DNA of 64,000 nt from Octopus sinensis (Eukaryota): positions 15,190,001-15,254,000 of the forward strand of contig NC_043007.1 of assembly GCF_006345805.1 (NCBI RefSeq), in the 5' to 3' direction. Below are positions 1-12,681 of this stretch, in pieces; positions within the stretch are counted from its first letter, which is position 1; each line of letters opens with the position of its first letter. A program made the translations under genes and the position numbers. The notes beneath the pieces are model-generated. The model did no database searches, was not told where the DNA came from, and saw nothing but the letters and a program-made list of their open reading frames with translations.

Positions 1-78
1 GTATGTATGTATGTATGTATGTATGTACGTATAACGGCGGTGCATCAGCATGGCCGCAGCTCTGAGCTGAAACTAGGG

Positions 79-135
<57 letters not shown>

Positions 136-771
136 CACACACTATGCAAATATATATGAATATTCAGCTTTTGCAATAAAAATTTATAATTAAATTTAAT
201 TAAATCGAAATGAAAATATGTTGTAGTGAGAAATTGACTCGGTTAAAGTTCTCGATAGAATAAATATGTAAACTCTAGAAGGTGGCTGTGTGAATAGCCA
301 AAGGATAAAATCAATCCAGCTTATATACATAGGTATATAAATATGAATAGTTTTTAACAGTGGATCTCGAAGTAGATAAAGCTAGGAATAAATTATGTAA
401 ATATTGAATTAAAAGACGCTTGGCTGGCAAATATCTAAGGCTACTGAAGTAACTCGAGCCCACATCTCGTGCTGTCATGACAGACGTTCTACCATTATAC
501 CAAAGCAACCGTTCGAATTTCTCCATCAAGTTTAGAAACTTTCTTCTTACGCGTGATAATTGTATGCTATTTTGGTTAAAAGAATTTAGAAAGTTCGAGA
601 GCCTTATCTACTTCGAGTTCTACCGTTAAAAACAATTTATTTCATATCCCTCGAAGTTCATAAATTCTTAGATATATACATATGCATATATATGCATATC
701 TATGTGTGTATGTACACAAACATACTCACATGTATACACACAATCATATATAGTTATATACATGCATACAA

Positions 772-802
<31 letters not shown>

Positions 803-822
803 CACACACGCACACACACCAC

Positions 823-907
<85 letters not shown>

Positions 908-1574
908 TGCTAAGTCTCTATGAGTCGCCCACTCGAAGTTTTTCCAACAATCCAGCTTATCTATTGACTTTCGATACATTTGCATCTTTCTTACTTAATC
1001 ACCAGTTGGAGTTGTTTGGGCGCCACCGAAAACAATTTAACCGTACGACAGGCTTCACATATAAGCCTTTAGCAATTTATAGGAATGTACAAATGTTAGA
1101 AAAACTGCAGTCACACAAATTCTACAGATAAGAAGCTGTCTATAGAACAGTTTCGATGAAAAATTCGTATGGAAACTTCTTATAAATGGTCGCTATAGCG
1201 GACTTATTAATATACACATATGTAACAAGTAGCATGGAGAGATATGTTTTACTTCTGATCATAGACCGTAGAGGGAGTTTTTAATAATGGAGATACTATG
1301 TAAGAAATTTACGATAGATCAGTTTTAGCAGTGGATGTGGTTTTATAATATATAATGGTACATCCACTGATATAGATGTTTTTGCTGAATTATTCTTATT
1401 TCTTGTAAGGTGTCGGTGTAGTCTGGGGGTATTCCTCAGAATGCTATTGGTGAAGTTAATTATCAGCCCCATTAGTCAAGGAGTTAGGTGTAGCTTTTAA
1501 TTCGAAATTTTACATGTATGTATGTATGTATGTATGTATGTATGTATGAATGTAATTCTCTTTTCTTTATTAAT

Positions 1575-1782
1575 CATCATAAATCATCTACTGATGACGT
1601 AGCCGGTTTCCAGCAAAGATACAAGACTCCATCTTTGGGTTGTAGTTAACACAGACAAATTCACATTAGGAACTTGAGAAAAGTCTTACATATTTTTACT
1701 GTTCCACACACAGATTGAACTTGTAATGTATGAATTAGCCGGTCGATTTCTCTTTTTGAAAATCCCAGTTTATCCAGCTTTA
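1575..1782 (-). mobile_element. 3' end of R4/Dong-like (restriction-like endonuclease) non-LTR retrotransposon, lineage B, with (ACAT)n tail
   Basis: Minus strand reads [37 protein letters not shown], homologous to LDKLGFSEKEI..TRILQNQSASGTVKIFKT at the end of the 55440-56190 copy. A 3' UTR and (ACAT)n (1515-1548) follow. Confidence 0.75.
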
Positions 1783-1829
1783 CGTATATAATATATATAT
1801 ATATATATATATACGTAATTTGTACCGTT

Positions 1830-1871
<42 letters not shown>

Positions 1872-1872
1872 G

Positions 1873-1998
<126 letters not shown>

Positions 1999-2009
1999 GT
2001 AATTTGTAC

Positions 2010-2196
2010 ATTTGGCGATTTTTTCCTCCGTCTTCCCTTCTCTGGATCTTTCCTTTTCGTATGTTTCTGACGAAGAGCTCCGCTCGAAACGTTAAATCCT
2101 CCTTCTTCCCTTCCTTCCTGAGCGTCCAGTAATACTATATTTGTTCCACGTCCTCGCGTTGTTGTGTTTTCTCTTTGTGTTTTCATGTTTGGATTA

Positions 2197-2200
<4 letters not shown>
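2010..2200 (+). mobile_element. Penelope-like pseudo-LTR fragment (type A) carrying a minimal hammerhead, between (TA)n tracts
   Basis: Homologous to 63602-63800 and partly to 16490-16690. Contains a CUGACGA...GAAAC hammerhead core. Minimal hammerheads in pseudo-LTRs are an established Penelope-like element (PLE) feature; no PLE ORF is attached. Confidence 0.6.
2063..2097 (+). ncRNA. Minimal type I hammerhead ribozyme motif (type A)
   Basis: gttt-CTGACGA-a-gagc(tcc)gctc-GAAA-cg-TT-aaat. Stem III is only the palindrome ACGT (dimer-type). Predicted cut after U2093. Confidence 0.65.
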
Positions 2201-2241
<41 letters not shown>

Positions 2242-2600
2242 GTAAATGTCAAACGATGAAAATGAGTGCTCAACACTGCATTGGTGGATGTAATTTCTTT
2301 ATTTTGTGAATTAAAGCATTGGTTTTATGTTAAGAAAAATAGGAAAATATCTCTGTGCCTTAACAATTTTTCAACTCGATTATATGGAGAAAGGTGTTCA
2401 CCTCCATTCTGGAAAACACAGTCTCGTTTTGTTCGCCCGGTTTCTCGTAAATTCACGTGAACAAAACAATGAATCAATGGATCAAGGGACTTTACTTCTG
2501 GGTGGCTTATTTTGTCTTCCTTGGATTTGTCATTTGGGCAAATTGTTGTACGATCAGTTTGTTTGAATTATTTTTTTTGTTCTGGGCATGGTGTTCTTAT

Positions 2601-2906
2601 GTGGAGGCGCAATCGCCCAGTGGTTAGGGCAGCGGATTCGTGGTCGGAGGATGGCGGATTCGATTCCCAGACCGGGTGTTGTGTGTGTTTATTGAGCGAA
2701 AACACCTAAAAGCTCCACGAAACTCCGGCAAGGGGTGGTGGCGACCCCTGTTGTACTCTTTCGCCACAACTTTCTCTCAATCTCTCTTCCTGTTTCTTGA
2801 GTAACGCTGCGAAGGACTGGTGTCCCGTCCAGCAAGGGGTAACACATACGCCACAGAAACCGGGAAACCGGACCCATGAGCCTGGCTAGGCTTGAAAAAG
2901 CCGACG
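2601..2906 (+). mobile_element. tRNA-derived SINE, group S2 (core A, tail Y)
   Basis: Head GTGGAGGCGCAATCGCCCAGTGGTTAGGGCAGCGG...GGATTCGATTCCC (A/B-box-like). Body shared with 41350-41757, 45746-46129, 52550-52841 and 61914-62210. Confidence 0.9.
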
Positions 2907-3595
2907 TTTATCGTTTTTTATGGTGTTCTTATACTTGTATGCTGAGGTTGTTCGTTATTGGGGAATATTTATTCTGTGTGTAAAGTTTGTGTGCTATCTA
3001 TGTTCACATTTAGGTGGAGTTCAGAAACAATGACAACTAAATATATCAACGTCAACAAAGCTTAGAACATTTATCTTTATGGAAGTCAACTCTGAACTAT
3101 CAAAAACGAACTTCAAAATCCTCTTGGTGTTACATACATCAATCATTCGATGATGAGGATTGGATTCAATACAGCTCATGGAGTGACCGCATGATCTAAG
3201 ATCTGAATTAAGGATATTTCCTCGCATCTATACTGTTATTCCTCAAGCAGAATACATGTACTTGCTCCTGCTATCGTACTCAGTAACAGACACTATCAGA
3301 TGCCATATGTTGGAGAGAACCGCAACCTAGTAGATTACGGAGATCACTCAAATAACCACATAGTCTTTCGCCAAAATAAGTGGCAAGATTACTTTATTGT
3401 TTGTCTAAACACTATATAGTCATATCAATTCACTAATTCACCTCCTCAGAGTTTAGCATTTAGCGTCATACCAAACTGTATATAGGATTCGAGTGGAGGA
3501 TGCACCGCAGTGCCAAACTTTCGCTACGTATCTCGCTTCAGAAGGGCATATTATGCATCTTATCCACCCATTCGTCCATCGAGATATGTACACAA

Positions 3596-3670
<75 letters not shown>

Positions 3671-3757
3671 CATATAAGTATTTGTTTATATGCAGTAATA
3701 TACATATATGTCTATATTCACACGCAGGAATATACGTCTATGCATATATATACTTAA

Positions 3758-3915
3758 GTGAGGACGCATGGCCTAGTGGTTAGCGTGTTGTACTCACAAT
3801 CGCGAGATCATGGTTTCAATTCTTAGACCGGGTGGTGTGTTGTGTTTTTGGGCAAAGCACTTCATCTCACGTTGTTCTACGATCACTTCGATATCTAGCG
3901 TGTGGAACGTTAGAT
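3758..3915 (+). mobile_element. tRNA-derived SINE, group S2 (core B, short tail)
   Basis: TGGCCTAGTGGTTAG head and TTGGGCAAAGCACTTCATCTCACGTTG core shared with 6803, 52065 and 59314 copies. Confidence 0.75.
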
Positions 3916-3942
3916 GTCGTTATATATTATATATATATATAT

Positions 3943-3974
<32 letters not shown>

Positions 3975-4037
3975 ATATACGTTTAAATATTTGTTGTGCA
4001 AGATTGTTTATGTGAAGTCGTGTGTTGAAACAGATAC

Positions 4038-4262
4038 TGTTATATTTCGGAATGGTCATTTTGCCAGATTAGCCAATAAAAACACACGCACTATATATTT
4101 GGTGTTATTTTGCTTCAGTGTTATTTATTTTTTTTTCATTAATCTTAATCTTATTTCGGCCAGAGTTCTTTCGTCACACTCCTGAAGCAAAATAACACCA
4201 AATATATAGTGCGTGTGTTTTTATTGGCTAAACTGGCAAAATGACCATTCCGAAATATAACA
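4038..4262. mobile_element. MITE with 81-bp TIRs, TGT...ACA ends (Ginger-like?)
   Basis: 4038-4118 is the reverse complement of 4182-4262 with one mismatch. Flanking 4-mers ATAC/ATAT. Confidence 0.8.
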
Positions 4263-4523
4263 ATATATATATATATATATGTATATATGTGTGTGTATGT
4301 ATGTATACATATACATATATGATTTTATAGAATATCTTTCAAAGTGCACAATCTATAACGACTGAGTATAGAAAGTAAATCACCATAAACTGCATTAGTC
4401 TCCAAAACAAATGCTTGGGACAAACATTTATGTAATTGCTCAGAAAATTGCATCATGTTCTTAGTTTGTTAGCTTTAAAATACAAGAGGTGGAGTTAAGA
4501 CAGGAGAATATAGGGTTAAATTA

Positions 4524-4690
4524 TTTACTTATATCATCTTTACACGTGTTTCAGTGACAGTTTCACAATGATTACATAAGATTAACATTACGTAATCTCC
4601 TGCTGATCTGGAGGAAGATTGCATCAGATTAATCCTATGCAATCATTGTGTAACTGTCACTGCAACACGTGTAAAGATGCTATAAATAAA
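4524..4690. repeat. Foldback palindrome / MITE-like element
   Basis: Arms 4535-4585 and 4629-4679 are ~88% complementary; the spacer is also a hairpin. Confidence 0.75.
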
Positions 4691-4796
4691 TACACTTTAA
4701 ATAATCTAGCGCTACATTCTCCTGTCTTGCAGGTGGATAATACATAAATACATAATACATGCATATATAAAAATATGTATTTATCTAAATCCTTAA

Positions 4797-5165
<369 letters not shown>

Positions 5166-5847
5166 ATGTCTATCTAACTATCCATACATACATTTTTTGG
5201 GCATTCTTGTGACGTCAGCAATATATATATATATATCGTAAAGAATATGTTATATTGTCATTAATGCACCGTAGTATTATATGGTTCCTCCCAAGCTAGA
5301 TACCATGCAAACACACGGCTTCGAATATGATGCGGCTGAAGCAGACAGTAGAAAGTCTTCTAGTGGCGATGATCTGCGTGAAGATGCTGCTCTCTTGCGC
5401 CTTAAAATGAGTCCTGCATAGCATTCTAGCTGAAAGTTTGTTAACCCAAAAGAGCATAAGCTAACTCTGATAAAACGCCACTAGAGACTTTAGACTCTAA
5501 TGTGACTCTAGACTCTAGAGACTCTAGACTCTAATATGACTCTAGAACGAACATGTAGGAATCATCAGCAATAATAGAAAAATATTCCAACCCTCAAAAA
5601 TGAGCTTCCAAGTCGTGGATGAAATAATAATGCTCAATGACAAGGTTGAGGAGCCGACAGTGTAAAAACAACAAATCCAAGGTAGCCATTTTGTAAATGA
5701 CCTTCTGAGATAGAATCAGCTCAATTTCCAAAGTTTTAATACTGATAAGTAGATTTAAATCCGTGACAAATTGCAAATTGTCCATTAGAACATTATTTAC
5801 ATTATTTACGTCTGATGGATATTTGCCCCCTCATCTTGTTTGTTGTT

Positions 5848-5893
5848 AACACAGCGTTTCGGCTGATATACTCTCCAGCCTTCATCAGGTGTC
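5848..5893 (-). ncRNA. Minimal hammerhead motif (type B), U16.1>C variant
   Basis: Minus strand gacac-CTGATGA-a-ggctg(gagagtatat)cagcc-GAAA-cgCt-gtgtt. The NUH triplet is broken, so probably inactive. Confidence 0.65.
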
Positions 5894-5944
5894 TTGGGGG
5901 TAATTTCGAACCTGGGTTCTCATCATTCCTAAGGTATTTTTCGA

Positions 5945-6062
<118 letters not shown>

Positions 6063-6067
6063 TTCAA

Positions 6068-6113
6068 GACACCTGATGAAGGCTGGAGAGTATATCAGCC
6101 GAAACGTTGTATT
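6068..6113 (+). ncRNA. Minimal hammerhead motif (type B)
   Basis: gacac-CTGATGA-a-ggctg(gagagtatat)cagcc-GAAA-cg-TT-gtatt. Core intact, ACGT palindromic stem III, one stem I mismatch. Predicted cut after U6108. Confidence 0.7.
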
Positions 6114-6802
6114 AACAACAAACAAGATGAGGACAAATATGCGTCAAATGTAAATTAGATAAATAATGTAAATAATATACATAATTCCACATTTCTTAGA
6201 TGTGGTCATTAGAACGTTGATTAAAATATATTATGCTATTTATCATGGTACACTACGCTTCAAATCTTTCAATTCATATCTTTTCGTGATCCATATTGGG
6301 AAGAACTAATCCTCTGTGCGTATTACTGGTGTTGGTATGGCATTGGACGAGATATCTTCCTGTATTCCGTCAAGCTCTTTGCGCTCTGAGTTATAGAATA
6401 GATGGTTTAATTTGCCGCTCTATTTACGGCTATTTTCTGGCCCTTTCAGTGAATGTAGTGGAATTCACTCGCTCGCATGAATTCAGGCTAAGTCCCTTGT
6501 TTAAGGGACATAATGAAATGCAACTTAAGAACATCAGTTTTTTCATAGGCGTAACTATAGAAAATAACACACTCACATACACACTCACAAACACACTCAC
6601 ACACACACACACGCACAGACAGACACTTACACACACCGACACACATACACGCACAAACACACACACACACCTACATGCACACACATAAACACACACATAT
6701 CCACATACATACATACATATATACATCATACGTATGTATGTGTAGGGTACTTTTATGGTAAGGTCCTTTTTTTGATTTCTTTATCCCTCCTAGTTATAGC
6801 TA

Positions 6803-7130
6803 TGTGAAGGCGCATGGCTTGATGGCTAGGAGTATTTGGCTGACGATCGTGAGGTCGTGAGTTCAATTCCCTGCGATGCGTTGCATTCTTGAGCAACGCA
6901 CTTTATTTCACATTGCTCCAGTCCACTCAGGTGGAAAAAATGAGTAATACTTCTATTTCAAAGGGCCGGCTTTGTCACACTCTGTGTCACGCTGAATCAC
7001 CCTGAGAACTACATCAAGGGTACACGTGCCTGTGGAATACTCTGCCACTTGTACGCTAATCTTACAAGCAGGCTGTTCTCTTGATCCGATCACTTGGAAC
7101 CCTCATCGTCGTAACCGACGGAGTGCCACT
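6803..7130 (+). mobile_element. tRNA-derived SINE, group S2 (core B, tail X)
   Basis: Head plus TTGAGCAACGCACTTTATTTCACATTGCTCCAGTCCACTCAG core, then the TTCAAAGGGCCGG...AACCGACGGAGTGC tail shared with 45746-46129. Confidence 0.88.
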
Positions 7131-7296
7131 TTTTTTCTTTTATAGCCATCTGATGTCATTCGCGTTGATGTGTTTGTAATGGCAATATACACCAGACAGT
7201 TAGCAATCAATCTACACGCTTGATAGTAAAATAAGACATATTTATAAGTAATCATTGGAAATAGTATAGAGTTGAAAGTGATATTACTTTGTGAAA

Positions 7297-7530
7297 GGCG
7301 GCGTGCTGGCAGAAACGTTAGCACGCCGGGCGAAATGTGTAGCGGTGTTTCGTCTGTCACTACGTTCCGAGTTCAAATTCCGCCGAGGTCGACTTTGCCT
7401 TTCATCCTTTCGGGGTCGATTAAATAAGTACCAGTTACGCACTGCGGTCGATATAATCGACTTAATCCGTTTGTCTGTCCTTGTTTCTCCCCTCTGTGTT
7501 TAGCCCCTTATGGGTAGTAAAGAAATAGGT
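7297..7530 (+). mobile_element. tRNA-derived SINE, group S1 (full length)
   Basis: GGCGGCGTGCTGGCAGAAACGTTAG head, GAGTTCAAATTCC B-box, central GCCTTTCATCCTTTCGGGGTCGAT..AAGTACCAG domain, AAAGAAATA end. A 3' fragment lies at 7787-7901. Confidence 0.92.
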
Positions 7531-9293
7531 ATTCCTTAGTGAGATTTCCAGGCAAAAATAATACTGTCGTGTTAGTGAGATTCAGCAACAACAGTAATGT
7601 CGTGCTGTGTGAATCTTTGACTTATAACGGTCACGAGTCAATGATGATTACTTCATAATGAGATGTTGCTGTTTTGAGTCTGGTGAATCTTAATCCAGAA
7701 TTATATCATCCTTTGTATCGTTGATTTTTTTAAAGGAGATAGATTGTAATTTGATGGAGATTAATCTACTACTTATAGTATGTCGGGCTCGATTAAATAA
7801 GCACCAGTTACGCACTGGGGGTCGATATAATCGACTTAATCCGTTTGTCTGTCCTTGTTTGTCCCCTCTCTGTGTAGCCCCGTGTGGGCAGTAAAGAAAT
7901 AAGAAGTTCTCTTGTTTGTTTGTGTAGGGAGATTTTGTACTTAAAGCACAAATTCTTTCGAGAAACGTTCGATCGAATAAAGATTTAATATCGTTAACTA
8001 GATGTGAACAAGTATTGGGAATCAGATACTAGCATTTTCGCAAAATCCTGACACACATACAAGAGTATAAAAGTGAGATTAAGTGTCCTATTCAAAATTG
8101 AAGAAAAACGATACTGCCGATTCGAACTTACAAAACACAAGCTACAAGTCCAGTAAATTATTCACACAACCAAGTTCGCTTTGAATTGTACGTAGGGGAA
8201 GAAATGTGTTGTTACTAAATAAGATGTAAAAGATGTAACTGGAAGCATGCAATATATCATAATGCGAATAAACTGTAAAATCAATACCCGTAATGAACTA
8301 ATATGATGCCGAACGATTCAGAAATAATTTTATTAAGTATAGCATACTGTTTGTGTAGGAAATAGAGTTTAATTTGAATTGCTGACTGACATGGCAGTGA
8401 GTTCAGTGCTATCTATATCCTTTCGGAGCTGTTTTGATAACTTTGTCAATAGTTAGCAAATATACTGAATACCATAATGTATTTATTCAAGTAACTTCCT
8501 TCGTAATTGAGTAAATCTATTGGATATAATTTTTGCATACTGCATGAAGAATAAGCGATAGGAAAGCTGGGAGATATTCTGGATTTGAATATGCAATGTT
8601 ACGGTTGGGAATTAAGTGTTAGAATAACTGGATGTCACTTGGGAGGAAGTCTCAAATGATATGAATATATAACGAGGAATGAATAACAGAATAATTGAAT
8701 AAATGATATGTGATTATAAAAATTGCTGGCATCGTAGGCATCAAAATATGAACTCAAATATAGAAGAATTTACATGATCAATGAACACTGCTATTATAAA
8801 ATAGCAGTTTAATATAGGATATCATAAAATATACACGAATTTAAATAATATTATTTTCATTAGATTAATTCTTAATCCAATATTGAAAATGTACTTTATT
8901 TTGTATTAATGAGAAGGGAAATGCTGCGATCTTTCGCAAGATCTTGAAAACAAGTGGGAGGGAGACAGGTGGTAGAAGTTCTCCTCATACCGGAGACCTA
9001 GCTTAAATGCATATATCAGAGGGGGCCCTGACAGAAGCAGTTAAGGGCCAAGCGGTGTAATTAAACTGGGCGACTGATTAAGATTGCCAACAAGAAATGT
9101 TGGAGATCATCCGACTAGTTTCTTCATAGTCTCTTTCAAAATAATTTTTCTCACAGGCTTTAGTAAGAGACACCTGCCTCGTTTACTATGCAATACATTG
9201 AACCAAAGACTGTGTGCTTGCGAAACGAATCTCCTGCCATTCTGTCACGGCAGCGATGCGCAATAATGCCCTTTTCAATATCAGTTCTTTAAA

Positions 9294-9497
9294 CGGCGAG
9301 CTGGCAGAAACGTTAGCACGCCGGGCGAAATACTTTGTGGTATTTCTTTACGTTCTCAGTTCAAATTCTGCCAAGGTCCACTTTGCCTTTCATGTTTTCG
9401 GGGTCGATAAATTAAGTACCAGTTGCGTACTGGGGTTGATTTAATCGACTGGCCCCTTCCCCCAAAATTTCGGGCCTTGTACTTAGAGTAGAAAAGA
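9294..9497 (+). mobile_element. SINE group S1, alternative tail (CCCCAAAATTTCGGGCCTTGT..TAGAGTAGAAAAG)
   Basis: Same head and core as 7297; tail shared with 12471-12681 and 29052-29275. Confidence 0.88.
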
Positions 9498-10099
9498 ATA
9501 TCAGTTCGTTTTTTCGTTAGTGGATCAATTCAATGAATTCAATGTTCGCGAGGGTTAAAGAATCTAACGTTTCGTCAGACGAATGGCAAAGGTTCACATT
9601 CTCCACTCTTAATCACAGCTGAACTTAGTAAACATTTCTAGAATTTTCCTACTGCTTTTAAGTAATAATAGTGCTTATTTCTAAGAACACAAAAGTAGAA
9701 TGTATTCGATATCACTACATAACTAATACTATATTATCGATCTTGAGAGGATGAAATGTAATTAATGGTATAATACAATAAAAAATAGAGCCTTCATCAT
9801 AGTTTCCACATATGAATGCAGGAAACATTAGCCAGGAGTAAGATTCTACCAGTAGAGGAAGAGAGATTAAACATGTGACAACAAAGAGGTGAATGACAAA
9901 CAGTCCTGGAGATAAAGAGAGAAATTTTTAATTTAACAACATTCCGATTACGTAATGGATATTACAAGAGGAATCTTATCTTCAGTTTTTTGTTTTGCTT
10001 GGTGCAAACACTTTTAACTAATATGTTGAGTCAGGCTCATGGCTTAACATATTAGTCAGATAAAATGCTCTGGGAGGCTATAAGCCGTACTTTGAGCAT

Positions 10100-11610
10100 A
10101 TTTTTACAACCTGGGGTTGTACGCTGCAGAGGATAAACAAGTTAAAACGCTGCTGCAGGTAGAATTCGGATTTATTAAACGACTTGACATGCTATTCGGA
10201 TTAGTAAATTGCGCTAAGGCAACCCTGAGGAGAGAAAAATTAATTAAAAGCGCTAATATCATGTTAGATAAAGAAACAGAGTTTAGGGAATTAGATCGAA
10301 CACAGTGTTACGGATACTTAGGAATTAATGAACTAGACAGAGTAACAAACACACACACATATACACTCATGCGAAAGAAAAGCTTAAGACAGAACACTAT
10401 AAACGCATTATATTAATACTTAAGATAGAGCTAAAAGCAAAAATAAGATGGCAGACATCAATACTCAAGCAGTCTCAGTAATAAGTTATAAGCATAATAT
10501 TCTTAAGTGGACGTTAAATGACTTAGAAATATTAGAGGAAGAAAGAAAGAAAAAAGAAAAATAATGACTACTTTTATGGTGTGCCTACGAATCTAGACAG
10601 AATGTTTGTATTTATCACAAACATAAACTGCTTTCTTTCTTTGAGGAAGCCAAGAAATACAAAATAGAAACTGAAATGCTAGACACTTATTAGAAGAGAA
10701 AAGAACATTACATATTGTAAAATACTTGAAATCTTTGATGAAAATATCACTATAGAATGCCATATTTTAGCAAGAAAAGGCTCCCCACGTAGATAGCAAT
10801 TGAAGAAAAAGAAAGAAAAGAAATAAGATTGATAGCGACATAGAAAAATCGTAAAATTGGTTGAGACGCAGAAGACTGAAAGCTGAATTGAAAGAGTTAT
10901 TGACTGTGGCAGACGAACTCAGTTTTTTGTTTTGCTTGGCGCTAACACTTTGAACTAATATTTTTTAAGTAATTGAAGAAAATTTCGGACCTTGTACCTA
11001 GAGTAGAAAATTAATTTTAATTAATCTTAATTAATTTTTCTCTCCTCAGAGTTGCCTTATTGACTGTGGCACACAAACTCCTCTCTAGAATCGACCACAA
11101 ATATGTAACGAAACAATATATTAAATAACTGCAGACTACACGAAGGTTGTTATCGTGTATGGCTTCGTTGCTTTCAAACATTGAAAGTATCGCCTGCACT
11201 ATGATATCCCAACAGAATGTCGGTGGCATAGACATACACTAGAAAATGTACCGGGGATATCAAACTGATCAATTACTGTCAGGGAACATCATGAAAGGAA
11301 GCATCTGCTTATCAACAAATTAAATGGAAAAATTAACTAAATATGAAGTTAAGGAAATAGAGATAATTAGAATAGCGGAACAGAAAATAGAAACAATACG
11401 TATAATAAATTAGAACCTTGGGAATGATTTTAAAAGATGTACACAAATATATAGACAAACTCCATGACTTAAAAAAACTGGATGACGGAACACTGTACAC
11501 ATGTCACACCTTTTCTTTTCAATACAACTAAAAGTACAAAACATTGCACATGGCCAACACACAGAGGTTCGTGCGCGGTAGAGAAGCGAAAACACGTAAT
11601 AAGACTAGTT
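10100..11610 (+). mobile_element. Heavily decayed R4/Dong-like non-LTR retrotransposon, lineage A, ending in (GAT)n(AAT)n
   Basis: Colinear peptide remnants: DMLFGLVNCAKATLRREKLIKS..ELDRTQCYGYLGINE (RT), NILKWTLNDLE, NCRLHEG and HYDIPTECRWHRHTLENV (knuckle region), MEKLTKYEVKEIEIIRI..TIRII and TLGMILK (endonuclease C-terminus). Many stops, frameshifts and deletions. Confidence 0.8.
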
Positions 11611-11634
11611 GATGATGATGATGATGATGATGAT

Positions 11635-11692
<58 letters not shown>

Positions 11693-11748
11693 GTAATAGT
11701 ATTAATAATAATAGTAATAATAATAATAATGATAGTAATAATAATAAT

Positions 11749-11795
<47 letters not shown>

Positions 11796-11806
11796 GTAAT
11801 AGTAAT
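11610..11806. repeat. (GAT)n-(AAT)n microsatellite at the 3' end of the R4/Dong-like copy
   Basis: Read directly. Confidence 0.97.
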
Positions 11807-12470
11807 AAGAAGTGGAGGGAAGAAGAAATGGAAAACGAGTACGATGAAAGAGGTGAAAGGGAGAAGCTGGAAGGGAAAGAAAAAAAGATTAAAGAGAAAA
11901 AAAGATAGCAATGAAGATGGTTTCTTTTCAGTAATATGAAATGTTACGAATCACGAACACAATCATGAATGTAATTAATTGAATTAAAGCCCTAAAGATG
12001 TTTTTAGATAAAAATGGACTCCCTATTGAATTTGAAAAGCGACTCACTCTATTTCGTGACTTTTTGGTTGATAAAAATATTTTTAAGCAGAGACATAACA
12101 GAAACACAAATATGGGTTTATAATCTTTTAAAACATTAATTACCAATATCCATTCACCGACCGAGGCATTAGATAAAAGAACATGCCATAACAAAGTCAC
12201 GCTAGGTTTTTTTGTTTAGGCCCCAGATACAGCATATCGGTCATCAAATGCAACGTAACTGTGTCCTTCCTATTATTATATTCAAACATAATTATGACTG
12301 AGCCCACATCATTAAGTTTATGTTGCATTTTTAATCAGCAAGTATTTAAACAGAAACAGATTTGACTATTATTTGCAGCAGGTCAAACAGTCGCATAAAG
12401 CATGTCTCGTTGGTTCGTATTGCCTGAAACTTTTGATATTAAGCTCCAAGCTGAAGCTTTTGATATTAAG

Positions 12471-12681
12471 GGCGGTGAGCTGGCAGAAGCGTTAGCACGT
12501 CGGGCGAAATGCGTAGCCGTATTTCGTCTGTCGCTACGTTCTGAGTTCAAATTCCGCCGAGGTCGACTTTGCCTTTCATCCTTTCGGGGTTGTTAAATTA
12601 AGTACCAGTTGCGTACTGGGGTTGATCTAATCGACTGTCCCCCTCCCCAAAATTTCGGGCCTTGAGCCTAGAGTAGAAAAG
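12471..12681 (+). mobile_element. SINE group S1 with GATATTAAG TSD
   Basis: Full head, core and tail; GATATTAAG at 12462-12470 and 12682-12690. Confidence 0.9.

Noticed and set aside
1592-1625. CTGATGA as a hammerhead (also 20794, 38929, 40568, 41950)
   Set aside because: No stem II plus GAAA plus NUH arrangement follows.
2601-2680. tRNA genes at SINE heads
   Set aside because: A/B-box-like heads run directly into SINE bodies with no acceptor-stem closure; they are tRNA-derived SINEs.
5281-5421. Short ORF MVPPKLDTMQTHGFEYDAAEADSRKSSSGDDLREDAALLRLKMSPA
   Set aside because: Protein-like composition but only 46 aa, no homology recognised and no good donor site.
9157-9162. 6-nt microexon (tttttctcacag|GCTTTA|gtaaga)
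   Set aside because: Such signals arise often by chance in 64 kb of AT-rich DNA; no supporting gene context.
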